Of a DNA stretch of 64,000 bases, positions 8,277 to 16,930 are shown one piece after another. Source of the DNA: Flavobacteriaceae bacterium (GTDB taxonomy: Bacteria; Bacteroidota; Bacteroidia; Flavobacteriales; Flavobacteriaceae); contig JAFMCA010000007.1 of the NCBI GenBank assembly GCA_017858055.1, forward strand, positions 3,082 to 67,081, read 5' to 3'. Made by a program: the position numbers and the translations under genes. Positions within the stretch are counted from its first letter, which is position 1, and every line of letters starts with the position of its first letter. A model generated the notes under the pieces. It was not told the origin of the DNA, made no database searches, and was given only the letters and a program-made list of their open reading frames with translations.

Positions 8277-10781
8277 ATGAACAAGCTTTTTCTCATCTCC
8301 ATTGTCTTTTTAATTTCGATTGCATGCCAATCCCCCCTTACTCCTCCTACAGCGGTCCTTTTTAAAATCAACACCTTTGATATGGCCAACAATCAAATGG
8401 AAGTTACTTTTTCGATCACCAATCCCACGGAAACCCTATGGAAGGGCGGCGAATGGTCACTTCATTGGAATCAAATTTCTGGAGCATTACAACCGGAAAG
8501 TTTACCCAATAACATTCAATACACCTTAGTTAATGGTCAGCAATATTTGATTTTAGATTTTGGAAGAGGTCACGATTTAAAGCCAGGGGAAACCAAAACG
8601 TTTGATGTGCTGTTTCGTGGAATAATTAGCAGAGAAGTAATGGGACCCAACGGTTTTTTTGTACACAATGCCGAAACAAATACCAACTTGGATCTAGAAA
8701 GTACGATTGTTTGGAAAACCGCAGCAGGAATTGAAGACCTCAAAATCCCTTCTGCTGAAGACCGTTACACCCAATATGAAGGGTTGGAATTCCTTCCTAA
8801 AAAAGAGCTTCATTGGGTAATTCCTGCACCTAGGATCGAACGGTTTGACAATACTTACCGACCTTATCTAGATGCCCTAACGATCCATTTTGGTTCTTTT
8901 CAAGACCCCGATAATTTTATAATAAACCGTCTACAAGAAGGGGTTAAAACTCGAATTGCTCCAACCCTTGATGAGGATGCCACTATTAAAATCAAAGAAA
9001 ATAAAACTCTAGAAAGCGAAGCCTACCTGCTTCAAATTGACCACACCCAAATTACTATTGAAGCGCACACTTCAAAGGCCGTTTTTTACGCTTTAGAATC
9101 CCTCCATCAAATCCTATTGATCGCTGAAAGAGAAGGGAAGGGAATTCCCATACTACAAATTGAGGATGCTCCACGTTTTCAAAACCGAGGGTTTATGACC
9201 GATATAGCTCGTAACTTTTTCCCCAAGGAGAAGATTTTTCAGATACTGGACTTTATGGCCCTGTATAAACTCAATCGTTTGGATCTGAAACTTACCGATG
9301 ATGAAGGGTGGCGAATTGAAATTCCAGACTTACCAGAGCTCACTCAAGTTGGAGGTAGGAGAGGCTACACTCTAGACGAACGCGATCAATTGATCCCCAT
9401 GTATGGATCCGGCTCAGGAAACCTTCAAAACTCTGGGAGTGGGTATTTATCGGGTGAGGATTTTAAAGCTATATTACGTTATGCGAATCAACGCCATATT
9501 GAAGTGATTCCTCAAATTAGTTTTCCTTCGCACGCTCGAGCAGCAATTGTTGCGATGAAGTCCCGTTATCTTACTCTTATGGAAACGGGTGATCCAACTG
9601 CCGCGGAGGAGTATATGCTTCACGACCCAGACGATCAGAGTACCTACCGTTCTGCTCAGCTGTTTACGGATAATGTAGCTTGTATTTGTGATCCTAGTGC
9701 CTATCGTTTTTACGAAAAAGTAGTTCAAGAAATTAAAACCTATTATACTGAGGTACATTTACCCATGAACGTATTTAATATCGGTGCAGACGAATTGCCC
9801 TATGGTCCTTGGAGAAAATCTCCCAAGTGTGAAACCTACATAGCTGAAAAAAATGAAATTGAAGACCTCGACGATTTGTATAATTACAATCTTCGGTTGC
9901 TCCACAAGATCATCAATGATGTAGGTGCCCAAATGGCCGGTTGGGAAGATGTTCTGCTTATTCACAGTGAAAACGAACAGTCAGAAATCACTATCAATAC
10001 CGAGCTACTGGACTTAGAATTCACGCCCTATGTGTGGAACAACAGTTGGGGTGGCGGCAGAGAGGATATGATCTACCGTCTTGCCAATCAAGGGTTTAAA
10101 GCCATTATGAGTAATTCTTCTGCTTTTTATTTTGATATGACCGATGATCGCGATTTTGAAAATGGGGGGTTCAGTTGGTCGGGATATGTAAATTATCAAG
10201 ATGCATGGGGAACGGAACCACTCAATGTCTTTGCTAATCAAGTTAAACTTGAATCCTTGGGGATCACCGAAGCTACTGTAGCCAAAAAAGAGCAACTAAA
10301 ACCAGAGGCTCGAGAAAATTTTCTCGGGGTTCAATCCCAACTTTGGACAGAAACAGTAAATAGCGAAGTCTGGTTAGATCAACTGTTGATGCCCAATTTG
10401 CTTGTTTTTGCTCAACGGGCTTGGAGCGCAAAAGAGCCTTGGTTAAAGGAACCCACAGCAGATTTACAAAAACCTAAGCTATTAACTGCTTGGAATCGAT
10501 TTACCAATACACTAGGTCAGCGGCAATTCCCCCTATTAAATCAACTTTATGGAGGTATTCAATACGACTTGCCAAAACCCGGAGCACAAATAATTCAAGG
10601 TAAGCTTCATGTACGACAACAATTTCCTGGGCTAGAGATCCATTATTCACTTAATGGAAAAGAACCCACGGCAAAGGATCCTCAATATAAAGAAGCTGTT
10701 GTCGTGCCAGAAAATAGTACGGTAACTTTACGCGTATTTGATTCCCAAAGAAGAGGCGGGAATAGCATTCAACTAAATTAA
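8277..10781 (+). CDS. Glycoside hydrolase family 20 beta-N-acetylhexosaminidase (lipoprotein)
   Basis: Has a lipobox (LISIACQ), the GH20 catalytic-domain motif IEDAPRFQNRGFMTDIARNFF, the D-E acid pair in FNIGADELPYG, and a C-terminal hexosaminidase-type beta domain. Confidence 0.85.
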   Translation: MNKLFLISIVFLISIACQSPLTPPTAVLFKINTFDMANNQMEVTFSITNPTETLWKGGEWSLHWNQISGALQPESLPNNIQYTLVNGQQYLILDFGRGHDLKPGETKTFDVLFRGIISREVMGPNGFFVHNAETNTNLDLESTIVWKTAAGIEDLKIPSAEDRYTQYEGLEFLPKKELHWVIPAPRIERFDNTYRPYLDALTIHFGSFQDPDNFIINRLQEGVKTRIAPTLDEDATIKIKENKTLESEAYLLQIDHTQITIEAHTSKAVFYALESLHQILLIAEREGKGIPILQIEDAPRFQNRGFMTDIARNFFPKEKIFQILDFMALYKLNRLDLKLTDDEGWRIEIPDLPELTQVGGRRGYTLDERDQLIPMYGSGSGNLQNSGSGYLSGEDFKAILRYANQRHIEVIPQISFPSHARAAIVAMKSRYLTLMETGDPTAAEEYMLHDPDDQSTYRSAQLFTDNVACICDPSAYRFYEKVVQEIKTYYTEVHLPMNVFNIGADELPYGPWRKSPKCETYIAEKNEIEDLDDLYNYNLRLLHKIINDVGAQMAGWEDVLLIHSENEQSEITINTELLDLEFTPYVWNNSWGGGREDMIYRLANQGFKAIMSNSSAFYFDMTDDRDFENGGFSWSGYVNYQDAWGTEPLNVFANQVKLESLGITEATVAKKEQLKPEARENFLGVQSQLWTETVNSEVWLDQLLMPNLLVFAQRAWSAKEPWLKEPTADLQKPKLLTAWNRFTNTLGQRQFPLLNQLYGGIQYDLPKPGAQIIQGKLHVRQQFPGLEIHYSLNGKEPTAKDPQYKEAVVVPENSTVTLRVFDSQRRGGNSIQLN

Positions 10782-10788
10782 ATTTATC

Positions 10789-11883
10789 ATGGAAAACAAA
10801 CGTTTACTCTCATTAGACATCTTTAGAGGATTAACCATCATCCTTATGATAATCGTTAACGATCCCGGCTCAGGGGAACATATTTTCGCACCCCTTCGAC
10901 ATGCCGTTTGGAATGGTTTAACCCCTACAGATTATGTATTTCCCAGTTTTTTATTCATTGTTGGGGTTTCGATAGTCCTTTCGATGAACAAACAAAAAGA
11001 AAGTGGAAAAAGTCTGTCAGAGATTACAAAAAAAGTAGTGTTTAGAGCATTGAAAATTTATGCTGTTGGGATTTTCCTTTGGCTTTGGCCGGATTTTAAT
11101 TTTGAAGGCATCCGTTGGGTAGGCGTTTTACCACGTATAGCATTTGTCTATCTGGCTTGTGCCTTATTGTTTTTATACACGAGCAGAAAAACCCAATGGG
11201 TCCTTGGTCTTTTTGGAGTCTTTGCCTACTGGCTTGTCGTCGCTTATCTTCCTATTCCAGGAATTGGTTTTCCAGATTTAAGTATGCCTGATAAAAACTG
11301 GGCAAACTATATTGATAAACTTCTGCTCCCGGGTAGGTTATATAAACATACTTGGGATCCGGAGGGAATTTTAAGTACGATTCCAGCAATTGTTAGCGGC
11401 CTTATAGGCATGTGGGCAGGGTACATTCTCCTTCAAAAAGAGGAGCTAAAAAATCGCCTAAATCAACTGTTCTTTTTTGGAGTAATTCTGATTTTTTTAG
11501 GCGATGTGATGCAATGGTTTTTCCCTTTTAATAAAAGCCTTTGGAGCAGCTCATTTACCTTATTTATGGGAGGGATTGGAATGTTATCTTTGGCTGCATT
11601 AAGTTACTTTTTTGATGTGAAACAAACCCAGTTTCAATTTAAATTTGCTCATGCTTTTGGAGTGAATTCAATAACGGCATATGCACTTTCTAGCCTTCTG
11701 ACGGTAGTATTTTACAGCTCAAAATGGTGGGGGATTTCACTCAGCGGGCAGTTTATGTCCTTTTGGGAACAAATTGGGTTACCCCTTAAACTCGGCTCTT
11801 TGGTTTATGCTTTGCTTTATGTAGGTATTCTTTGGATCCCTGTACAAATTCTCTTTAAAAAGAAAATTTATATCAAACTCTAA
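10789..11883 (+). CDS. Heparan-alpha-glucosaminide N-acetyltransferase-like membrane acyltransferase (DUF1624/DUF5009 type)
   Basis: Has the N-terminal motif RLLSLDIFRGLTIILMIIVN and about 10 TM helices. It starts 8 nt after the GH20 stop. Confidence 0.7.
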   Translation: MENKRLLSLDIFRGLTIILMIIVNDPGSGEHIFAPLRHAVWNGLTPTDYVFPSFLFIVGVSIVLSMNKQKESGKSLSEITKKVVFRALKIYAVGIFLWLWPDFNFEGIRWVGVLPRIAFVYLACALLFLYTSRKTQWVLGLFGVFAYWLVVAYLPIPGIGFPDLSMPDKNWANYIDKLLLPGRLYKHTWDPEGILSTIPAIVSGLIGMWAGYILLQKEELKNRLNQLFFFGVILIFLGDVMQWFFPFNKSLWSSSFTLFMGGIGMLSLAALSYFFDVKQTQFQFKFAHAFGVNSITAYALSSLLTVVFYSSKWWGISLSGQFMSFWEQIGLPLKLGSLVYALLYVGILWIPVQILFKKKIYIKL

Positions 11884-11888
11884 AAAAA

Positions 11889-11912
11889 AATCGGCTCCCG
11901 ATGGAGCCGATT
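11889..11912. terminator. Intrinsic terminator hairpin between convergent genes (strongest for the minus-strand hsp20 gene)
   Basis: AATCGGCTCC-cgat-GGAGCCGATT forms a perfect 10-bp stem. A 9-nt A-run lies on the plus-strand 5' side, giving a U-run after the hairpin on the minus-strand transcript. Confidence 0.75.
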
Positions 11913-11938
11913 CAAACAAAAACAAATAATTGATTTAA

Positions 11939-12367
11939 TTAGCGGATTTTAATCAGCTTTTTAGGCTGTGGCTGAGCCTCTTTGTGCTTTGGTAAAAGTA
12001 CTTGAAGAACACCATCTGCATAACGTGCATCAATCTTTGTGGGGTCAACACTGTCGGGAAGGGTAAAACTGCGTCTAAAACTAGTGTAGCTAAACTCTCG
12101 ACGTGTAAATTTTCCTTTTTCATTAACTTGTTGCTCTTCCTCTTGAGAGGATGAAATCGACAAGATTCCATTTTCAACTTCAATTTCAAAGTCATCTTTT
12201 TTCTTTCCAGGTACAGCTAACTCAATTTCGAATTGAGAATCCAATTCTTTAATATTAACTGCAGGCATCGTAGATGAAAAAGAAGGGACTTTTAAATTCC
12301 AATCGCTGCCGATAAAGTCATCAATCAATGAGGGAAAAAATGGGGTTTGTTTTCTTATTAAATTCAT
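11939..12367 (-). CDS. Small heat-shock protein, Hsp20/alpha-crystallin family
   Basis: Has an alpha-crystallin domain: FEIELAVPGKKKDDFEIEVENGILSISS, FTRREFSYTSFRRSFTLPDSVD, and IDARYADGVLQVLLPK. Confidence 0.9.
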   Translation of the reverse strand: MNLIRKQTPFFPSLIDDFIGSDWNLKVPSFSSTMPAVNIKELDSQFEIELAVPGKKKDDFEIEVENGILSISSSQEEEQQVNEKGKFTRREFSYTSFRRSFTLPDSVDPTKIDARYADGVLQVLLPKHKEAQPQPKKLIKIR

Positions 12368-12383
12368 GATTTATAATTTTTAA

Positions 12384-12407
12384 GGTTAACAATTTTATTG
12401 TTTAACC
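12384..12407 (-). promoter_or_regulatory. Near-perfect inverted repeat in the hsp20 upstream/leader region (operator or RNA thermosensor candidate)
   Basis: GGTTAACAAT-ttt-ATTGTTTAACC forms 10 bp with a one-base bulge and ends 17 nt upstream of the hsp20 ATG (12367). Confidence 0.3.
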
Positions 12408-12483
12408 CTAAGCAAATTAAAGACCAGACTTAAAAATTGTCATTTTGGCGGTTATTTTTACTAATTTACTGCCTTTTTGTCAA

Positions 12484-13677
12484 TTAAGCAATTGCCTCCT
12501 GTACTTTATCCGCTGCTTCTTGAAAGGCAGTCGCAGAAAGAACATTAAGTCCTGAGGAATCAATAAGTTGTTTTGCGATGTCTGCATTGGTTCCTTGCAG
12601 ACGAACAATTATAGGGACCTGAATGGCGTCTCCAAGATTTTTATAGGCATCTACAATTCCTTGGGCTACACGATCACAACGAACAATACCCCCAAAAATA
12701 TTGATGAGTATTGCTTTTACATTGGGATCTTTTAAGATCAAGCGGAAAGCAGTTTCCACTCTAGCTGCATCTGCAGTCCCTCCAACGTCTAAGAAGTTGG
12801 CAGGCTCTCCTCCTGCTTGTTTAATTAAATCCATGGTTGCCATTGCGAGTCCAGCTCCATTAACCATACAGCCTACGTTTCCATCTAAATCAACATAATT
12901 CAATCCCACTTCTCTCGCTTCAACCTCAACTGGATTTTCTTCACTTAAATCACGTAAGAGTTCCAAATCCTTATGACGAAACAATCCATTTTCATCTAAA
13001 GTTACTTTTGCATCAACGGCTATTATCTTCTCATCAGAGGTTTTAAGAACAGGATTAATCTCGAACAAAGAAGCGTCAGAACCCACATAGGCTTTATACA
13101 ATGCACTAACAAATTTCGTCATGTCCTTGAATGCAGCGCCTGAGAGACCGAGATTAAAAGCAACCTTACGGGCCTGAAAAGGCATTAACCCTAAGGAAGG
13201 GTCCACTTCTTCAGTAAAGATCAGATGAGGAGTCGCTTCAGCAACTGCCTCAATATCCATCCCACCTTCAGTAGAATACATAATCATGTTTTTACCTGTA
13301 GCTCGATTAAGCAATACAGACATATAAAACTCATTGGGTTCAGAGGCACCAGGGTAATATACATCCTCAGCGACCAAAACCTGATTTACTTTTTTCCCTT
13401 CTGGGGGAGTTTGTGGAGTGATTAATTGCATCCCGATGATATCACCTGCAATTTGTTCTAGTTCCTTTAAATTCTTGGCAAGCTTAACACCCCCACCTTT
13501 ACCGCGTCCACCAGCGTGGATTTGAGCTTTAACAACATGCCAGCCTGTTCCGGTAGTTTCCGTTAATTGCTTGGCAGCTTCTACTGCCTCGGCAGCTGTT
13601 TTGGCTACAATGCCTCGTTGAATGGCAACTCCAAAACTGGATAGCAATTCTTTTCCTTGGTATTCGTGTAAATTCAT
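12484..13677 (-). CDS. sucC: Succinate--CoA ligase (ADP-forming) beta subunit
   Basis: Has the canonical N-terminus MNLHEYQGKELL and an ATP-grasp region (VVKAQIHAGGRGKGGGVK). The C-terminal CoA-ligase domain contains FLDVGGTA and INIFGGIVRCD. The internal ATG at 13677 is preferred over the ORF-track start at 13701. Confidence 0.95.
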   Translation of the reverse strand: MNLHEYQGKELLSSFGVAIQRGIVAKTAAEAVEAAKQLTETTGTGWHVVKAQIHAGGRGKGGGVKLAKNLKELEQIAGDIIGMQLITPQTPPEGKKVNQVLVAEDVYYPGASEPNEFYMSVLLNRATGKNMIMYSTEGGMDIEAVAEATPHLIFTEEVDPSLGLMPFQARKVAFNLGLSGAAFKDMTKFVSALYKAYVGSDASLFEINPVLKTSDEKIIAVDAKVTLDENGLFRHKDLELLRDLSEENPVEVEAREVGLNYVDLDGNVGCMVNGAGLAMATMDLIKQAGGEPANFLDVGGTADAARVETAFRLILKDPNVKAILINIFGGIVRCDRVAQGIVDAYKNLGDAIQVPIIVRLQGTNADIAKQLIDSSGLNVLSATAFQEAADKVQEAIA

Positions 13678-13799
13678 ATAGCGATCTAAAATCCAGTGCA
13701 AAAATAGCTAAACAGAAGCGGAATCTGAAAGCAGTTGCATAAAACTTTTTGTTACAAATACAACAAACCGTTGTGATTTTATGTTGTTTACACGATTTA

Positions 13800-13830
13800 T
13801 TTGCTTGAATCCTGAGGATTCCTATTTTTG
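13800..13830 (+). promoter_or_regulatory. Candidate Bacteroidota-type promoter of lysA (-33 TTTG, 19-bp spacer, -7 TAttTTTG)
   Basis: TTTG lies at 13800-13803 and TATTTTTG at 13823-13830, 20 nt upstream of the lysA ATG. The spacer contains the perfect palindrome GAATCC-tga-GGATTC (13807-13821). Confidence 0.45.
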
Positions 13831-13850
13831 CGACCTATTCTCATTACACT

Positions 13851-15074
13851 ATGAAACATTCAGATTTATTAGCCATTGCGCAACAAACCTCAGGACCAAC
13901 TTATGTTTATGATGCTTCAAAAATTGAATCGCAGTTCAAACGTCTTGAAAATGCATTTTCTGGAGTTGAAAAATTAAAAATCAATTATGCTTGTAAAGCC
14001 TTGTCTAATATTTCGATTTTAAAATACCTTAAAGCATTAGGGTCGGGTTTGGATACCGTTTCTCATCAAGAAGTGTTGCTCGGACTTAAGGCGGGCTTCA
14101 CCCCAGAGGATATTATCTTTACACCCAATGGTGTTTCTCTTGAAGAAATTGAAACAGTTGCCAAATTAGGCGTTCAAATCAATATCGATAACCTTTCCAT
14201 ACTGGAACAATTCGGAACAAAACATCCAAAAGTACCCGTTTGTATTCGCATTAATCCTCATGTTATGGCTGGGGGAAACAGTAACATTTCTGTAGGACAT
14301 ATCGATTCTAAATTTGGAATCTCAATTCACCAAATACCTCATGTTCTTCGTATTGTTGAAAACACCAACATGCACATCAATGGAGTTCACATGCATACAG
14401 GAAGTGACATTTTAGATATTGAGGTTTTTCTTTACGCTTCTGAGATTTTATTCAATACCGCACTCCAATTCAAGGACCTCTCCTTTGTTGACTTTGGCAG
14501 TGGTTTTAAAGTTCCCTATCGTCCGGGAGATATTGAAACCAACATTGAAGAGTTGGGTGAAAAACTTACGAAGCGTTTTAAAGAGTTTTGTAAGACCTAT
14601 GGAAAAACGTTGGAGTTAGCATTTGAACCGGGAAAATTTTTAGTGAGTGAAGCCGGTTATTTTCTCACCAAAGTAAATGCCGTAAAACAAACCACTTCTA
14701 CCGTTTTTGCTCAAATAGATTCTGGTTTCAACCATCTGATCCGCCCGATGCTTTACAATTCATATCACGACATCATCAACCTATCCAATCCTAATGGAAA
14801 AGAGCGTTTTTACACTGTTGTAGGTTATATCTGTGAAACAGATACGTTTGGTAGTAATAGAAAAATTGCAGAAATCTCCGAAGGGAATGTTTTAGTGTTT
14901 AAAAACGCCGGTGCGTATTGCATGACGATGTCTAGCAATTACAACTCTCGTTATCGACCAGCAGAACTCCTTTGGTATAATGGAGAAGCGCATTTGATAC
15001 GCAAACAAGAAACATTTGAGGACTTGATTCAAAATCAGGTACTCATCGACTTTAAAGAAAATATTGAAGCTTAA
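13851..15074 (+). CDS. lysA: Diaminopimelate decarboxylase
   Basis: Has the PLP-lysine motif INYACKA and the motifs HMHTGS, FGSGF and EPGKFLV. The C-terminal beta domain contains GAYCMTMSSNYNSR. Confidence 0.92.
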   Translation: MKHSDLLAIAQQTSGPTYVYDASKIESQFKRLENAFSGVEKLKINYACKALSNISILKYLKALGSGLDTVSHQEVLLGLKAGFTPEDIIFTPNGVSLEEIETVAKLGVQINIDNLSILEQFGTKHPKVPVCIRINPHVMAGGNSNISVGHIDSKFGISIHQIPHVLRIVENTNMHINGVHMHTGSDILDIEVFLYASEILFNTALQFKDLSFVDFGSGFKVPYRPGDIETNIEELGEKLTKRFKEFCKTYGKTLELAFEPGKFLVSEAGYFLTKVNAVKQTTSTVFAQIDSGFNHLIRPMLYNSYHDIINLSNPNGKERFYTVVGYICETDTFGSNRKIAEISEGNVLVFKNAGAYCMTMSSNYNSRYRPAELLWYNGEAHLIRKQETFEDLIQNQVLIDFKENIEA

Positions 15075-16015
15075 AAAAGGGGGGTTAATTGGGTAAGTTT
15101 AGCGTTATAGGTAGCAATAAATTCTTCTATAATCTCCGCTGCTGGAAGGATAGAGTCGATCTGAGCTGCCACTTGACCGATTTCCAATTCTCCTTCAACC
15201 AGGTCTCCTTCAAACATACCCTTTTTAGCACGACCTCGACCCAAGACTTGTTGTAATTTTTCTGGGCTGGCTCCTTCTGCATACAGCTGTTTGATTTTTT
15301 GATAAAAAGGATTTTTTAATAGACGAACGGGGGTTAACTCTTTCAGCGTTAGCTCAGTACTCCCTTCTTCCGCATTGAGTACTTCATGTTTAAAAAGCTC
15401 GTGGGAAGAAGCTTCTGGAGTGGCAACAAATCGAGACCCTACCTGTACCCCATCCGCTCCCAAAGCCAAGGCTGCTAACATTGCAGTCCCACTACCAATT
15501 CCTCCGGCAGCTATCAAAGGAAGGTGGATGGCTTTACGAACCAAAGGAACCAAAGTCATGGTGGTCGTTTCTTCTCTGCCGTTATGCCCCCCTGCTTCAA
15601 AACCCTCAGCAACGATTGCATCGACTCCACATGCTTGGGCTTTTAATGCAAATTTGACTGAACTGACCACATGGACTACGATACACCCTTTCGATTTTAA
15701 ATGTGCAGTCCATAATTTCGGATTTCCTGCTGCAGTGAATACAATCGGTACATTTTCCTGAATGATCACCTCCATCAACAAATCAATCTCTGGATATAGC
15801 AAAGGAACATTAACTCCAAAAGGTTTGCTGGTCGCTTTTTTACATTTTTGGATATGTTCACTTAAAACCTCAGGATACATTGAACCGGCGCCAATAAGTC
15901 CCAAACCTCCTGCGTTACTGACAGCAGATGCAAGTCGCCATCCGCTTGCCCAAACCATTCCAGCCTGAATAATCGGATAGCGAATCCCAAAAAGTTCGGT
16001 CACCCTATTGGCCAT
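15071..16015 (-). CDS. FMN-dependent NAD(P)H oxidoreductase of the nitronate monooxygenase / FabK-like family
   Basis: Has the motifs IRYPIIQAGMVWAS, GGLGLIG and GADGVQVGSRF and no signal peptide. Its ATG overlaps the upstream stop by 1 nt (TAATG at 16015). Confidence 0.8.
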   Translation of the reverse strand: MANRVTELFGIRYPIIQAGMVWASGWRLASAVSNAGGLGLIGAGSMYPEVLSEHIQKCKKATSKPFGVNVPLLYPEIDLLMEVIIQENVPIVFTAAGNPKLWTAHLKSKGCIVVHVVSSVKFALKAQACGVDAIVAEGFEAGGHNGREETTTMTLVPLVRKAIHLPLIAAGGIGSGTAMLAALALGADGVQVGSRFVATPEASSHELFKHEVLNAEEGSTELTLKELTPVRLLKNPFYQKIKQLYAEGASPEKLQQVLGRGRAKKGMFEGDLVEGELEIGQVAAQIDSILPAAEIIEEFIATYNAKLTQLTPLF

Positions 16016-16929
16016 TAAAGGAATTGGTCAACTTTCTTATAGGCCTCAATAACAGCTAGTTCTCCTGCCTTGTCAGGTTGACTATTACCGTGTTCCATAC
16101 CAAGAATTCCCTCAAATCCTCTACCGTGAATGTATTTAAAGATATTGGTGTAATTAATTTCTCCCGTAGTGGGTTCTTTTCTTCCTGGATTATCACCGAT
16201 CTGAAAATAGCCAATCTCCTCCCAACTCTTTTCAATATTCGGTATCAAATTTCCTTCCTGAATCTGCTGATGATAAATATCAAAGAGAATTTTACAAGAC
16301 GGAGAATCAACCGCTTTACAAATTTCATAGGCTTGAGGACTTTCGGATAAAAACAAGCCCGGGTGATCTCTAAAGTTTAAAGGCTCCAATACCATCACTA
16401 TACCATGAGGTTCTAAAAGAGCTGAAGCTTGCTTCAGGCTCTCAACCACATGAGCCGTCTGATACGCCATGTTTTGTCGCAAATCGACATGGCCAGGAAC
16501 CACAGTCATCCATTTCGCGTTTACTCGCTTTGCCACAGGAATTGCTTTTTTGATATAATCTAAAAACTCCTCTCGTAAGGCTTGATCACCACTTGCCAAA
16601 TTTGGTTTTTGCCAATAGATTTGATGGGCTACAAAAACTCCCATTCTCAATCCTCGCTTTGCCATTGTTTGAGCCATTTTTTCTTGCAAAGCCACCTCTC
16701 TATTCCGCATGTCATTATCCTCAAAAGCGGTAAATCCTTGATCCGCCATAAAATTTAGCTGATCAATAGGATCATTACCCACATGATTTCTAAACATTCC
16801 TAAATGAGGGGCATAGGCTAAATTAAAATTGTATTTAGCAGCGCTTTTTTGGGCTCCAAGAGCAGAAGTTGTGGAAAGCATTCCCAGTCCAGTGAGTCCT
16901 GCCAGTTGGGTAAAATTTCTTCTATTCAT
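16015..16929 (-). CDS. Tat-exported xylose-isomerase-like TIM-barrel protein (sugar phosphate isomerase/epimerase, hydroxypyruvate-isomerase-like)
   Basis: Has the twin-arginine signal MNRRNFTQLAGLTGLGMLSTTSALGA. The remainder resembles the AP_endonuc_2 / xylose isomerase-like TIM barrel family (FEDND, MVLEPLN, GMEHG). Confidence 0.8.
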   Translation of the reverse strand: MNRRNFTQLAGLTGLGMLSTTSALGAQKSAAKYNFNLAYAPHLGMFRNHVGNDPIDQLNFMADQGFTAFEDNDMRNREVALQEKMAQTMAKRGLRMGVFVAHQIYWQKPNLASGDQALREEFLDYIKKAIPVAKRVNAKWMTVVPGHVDLRQNMAYQTAHVVESLKQASALLEPHGIVMVLEPLNFRDHPGLFLSESPQAYEICKAVDSPSCKILFDIYHQQIQEGNLIPNIEKSWEEIGYFQIGDNPGRKEPTTGEINYTNIFKYIHGRGFEGILGMEHGNSQPDKAGELAVIEAYKKVDQFL

Positions 16930-16930
16930 T

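Noticed and set aside
15375-15761. A 128-aa plus-strand ORF antisense to the NMO/FabK-like gene, with similar shadow ORFs at 15762-15968, 18249-18575, 18331-18627 and 61090-61485.
   Set aside because: All are nested in, or out of frame with, confidently assigned genes. They have Ser/Pro/Ala-rich or Cys/Arg-rich shadow-frame composition.
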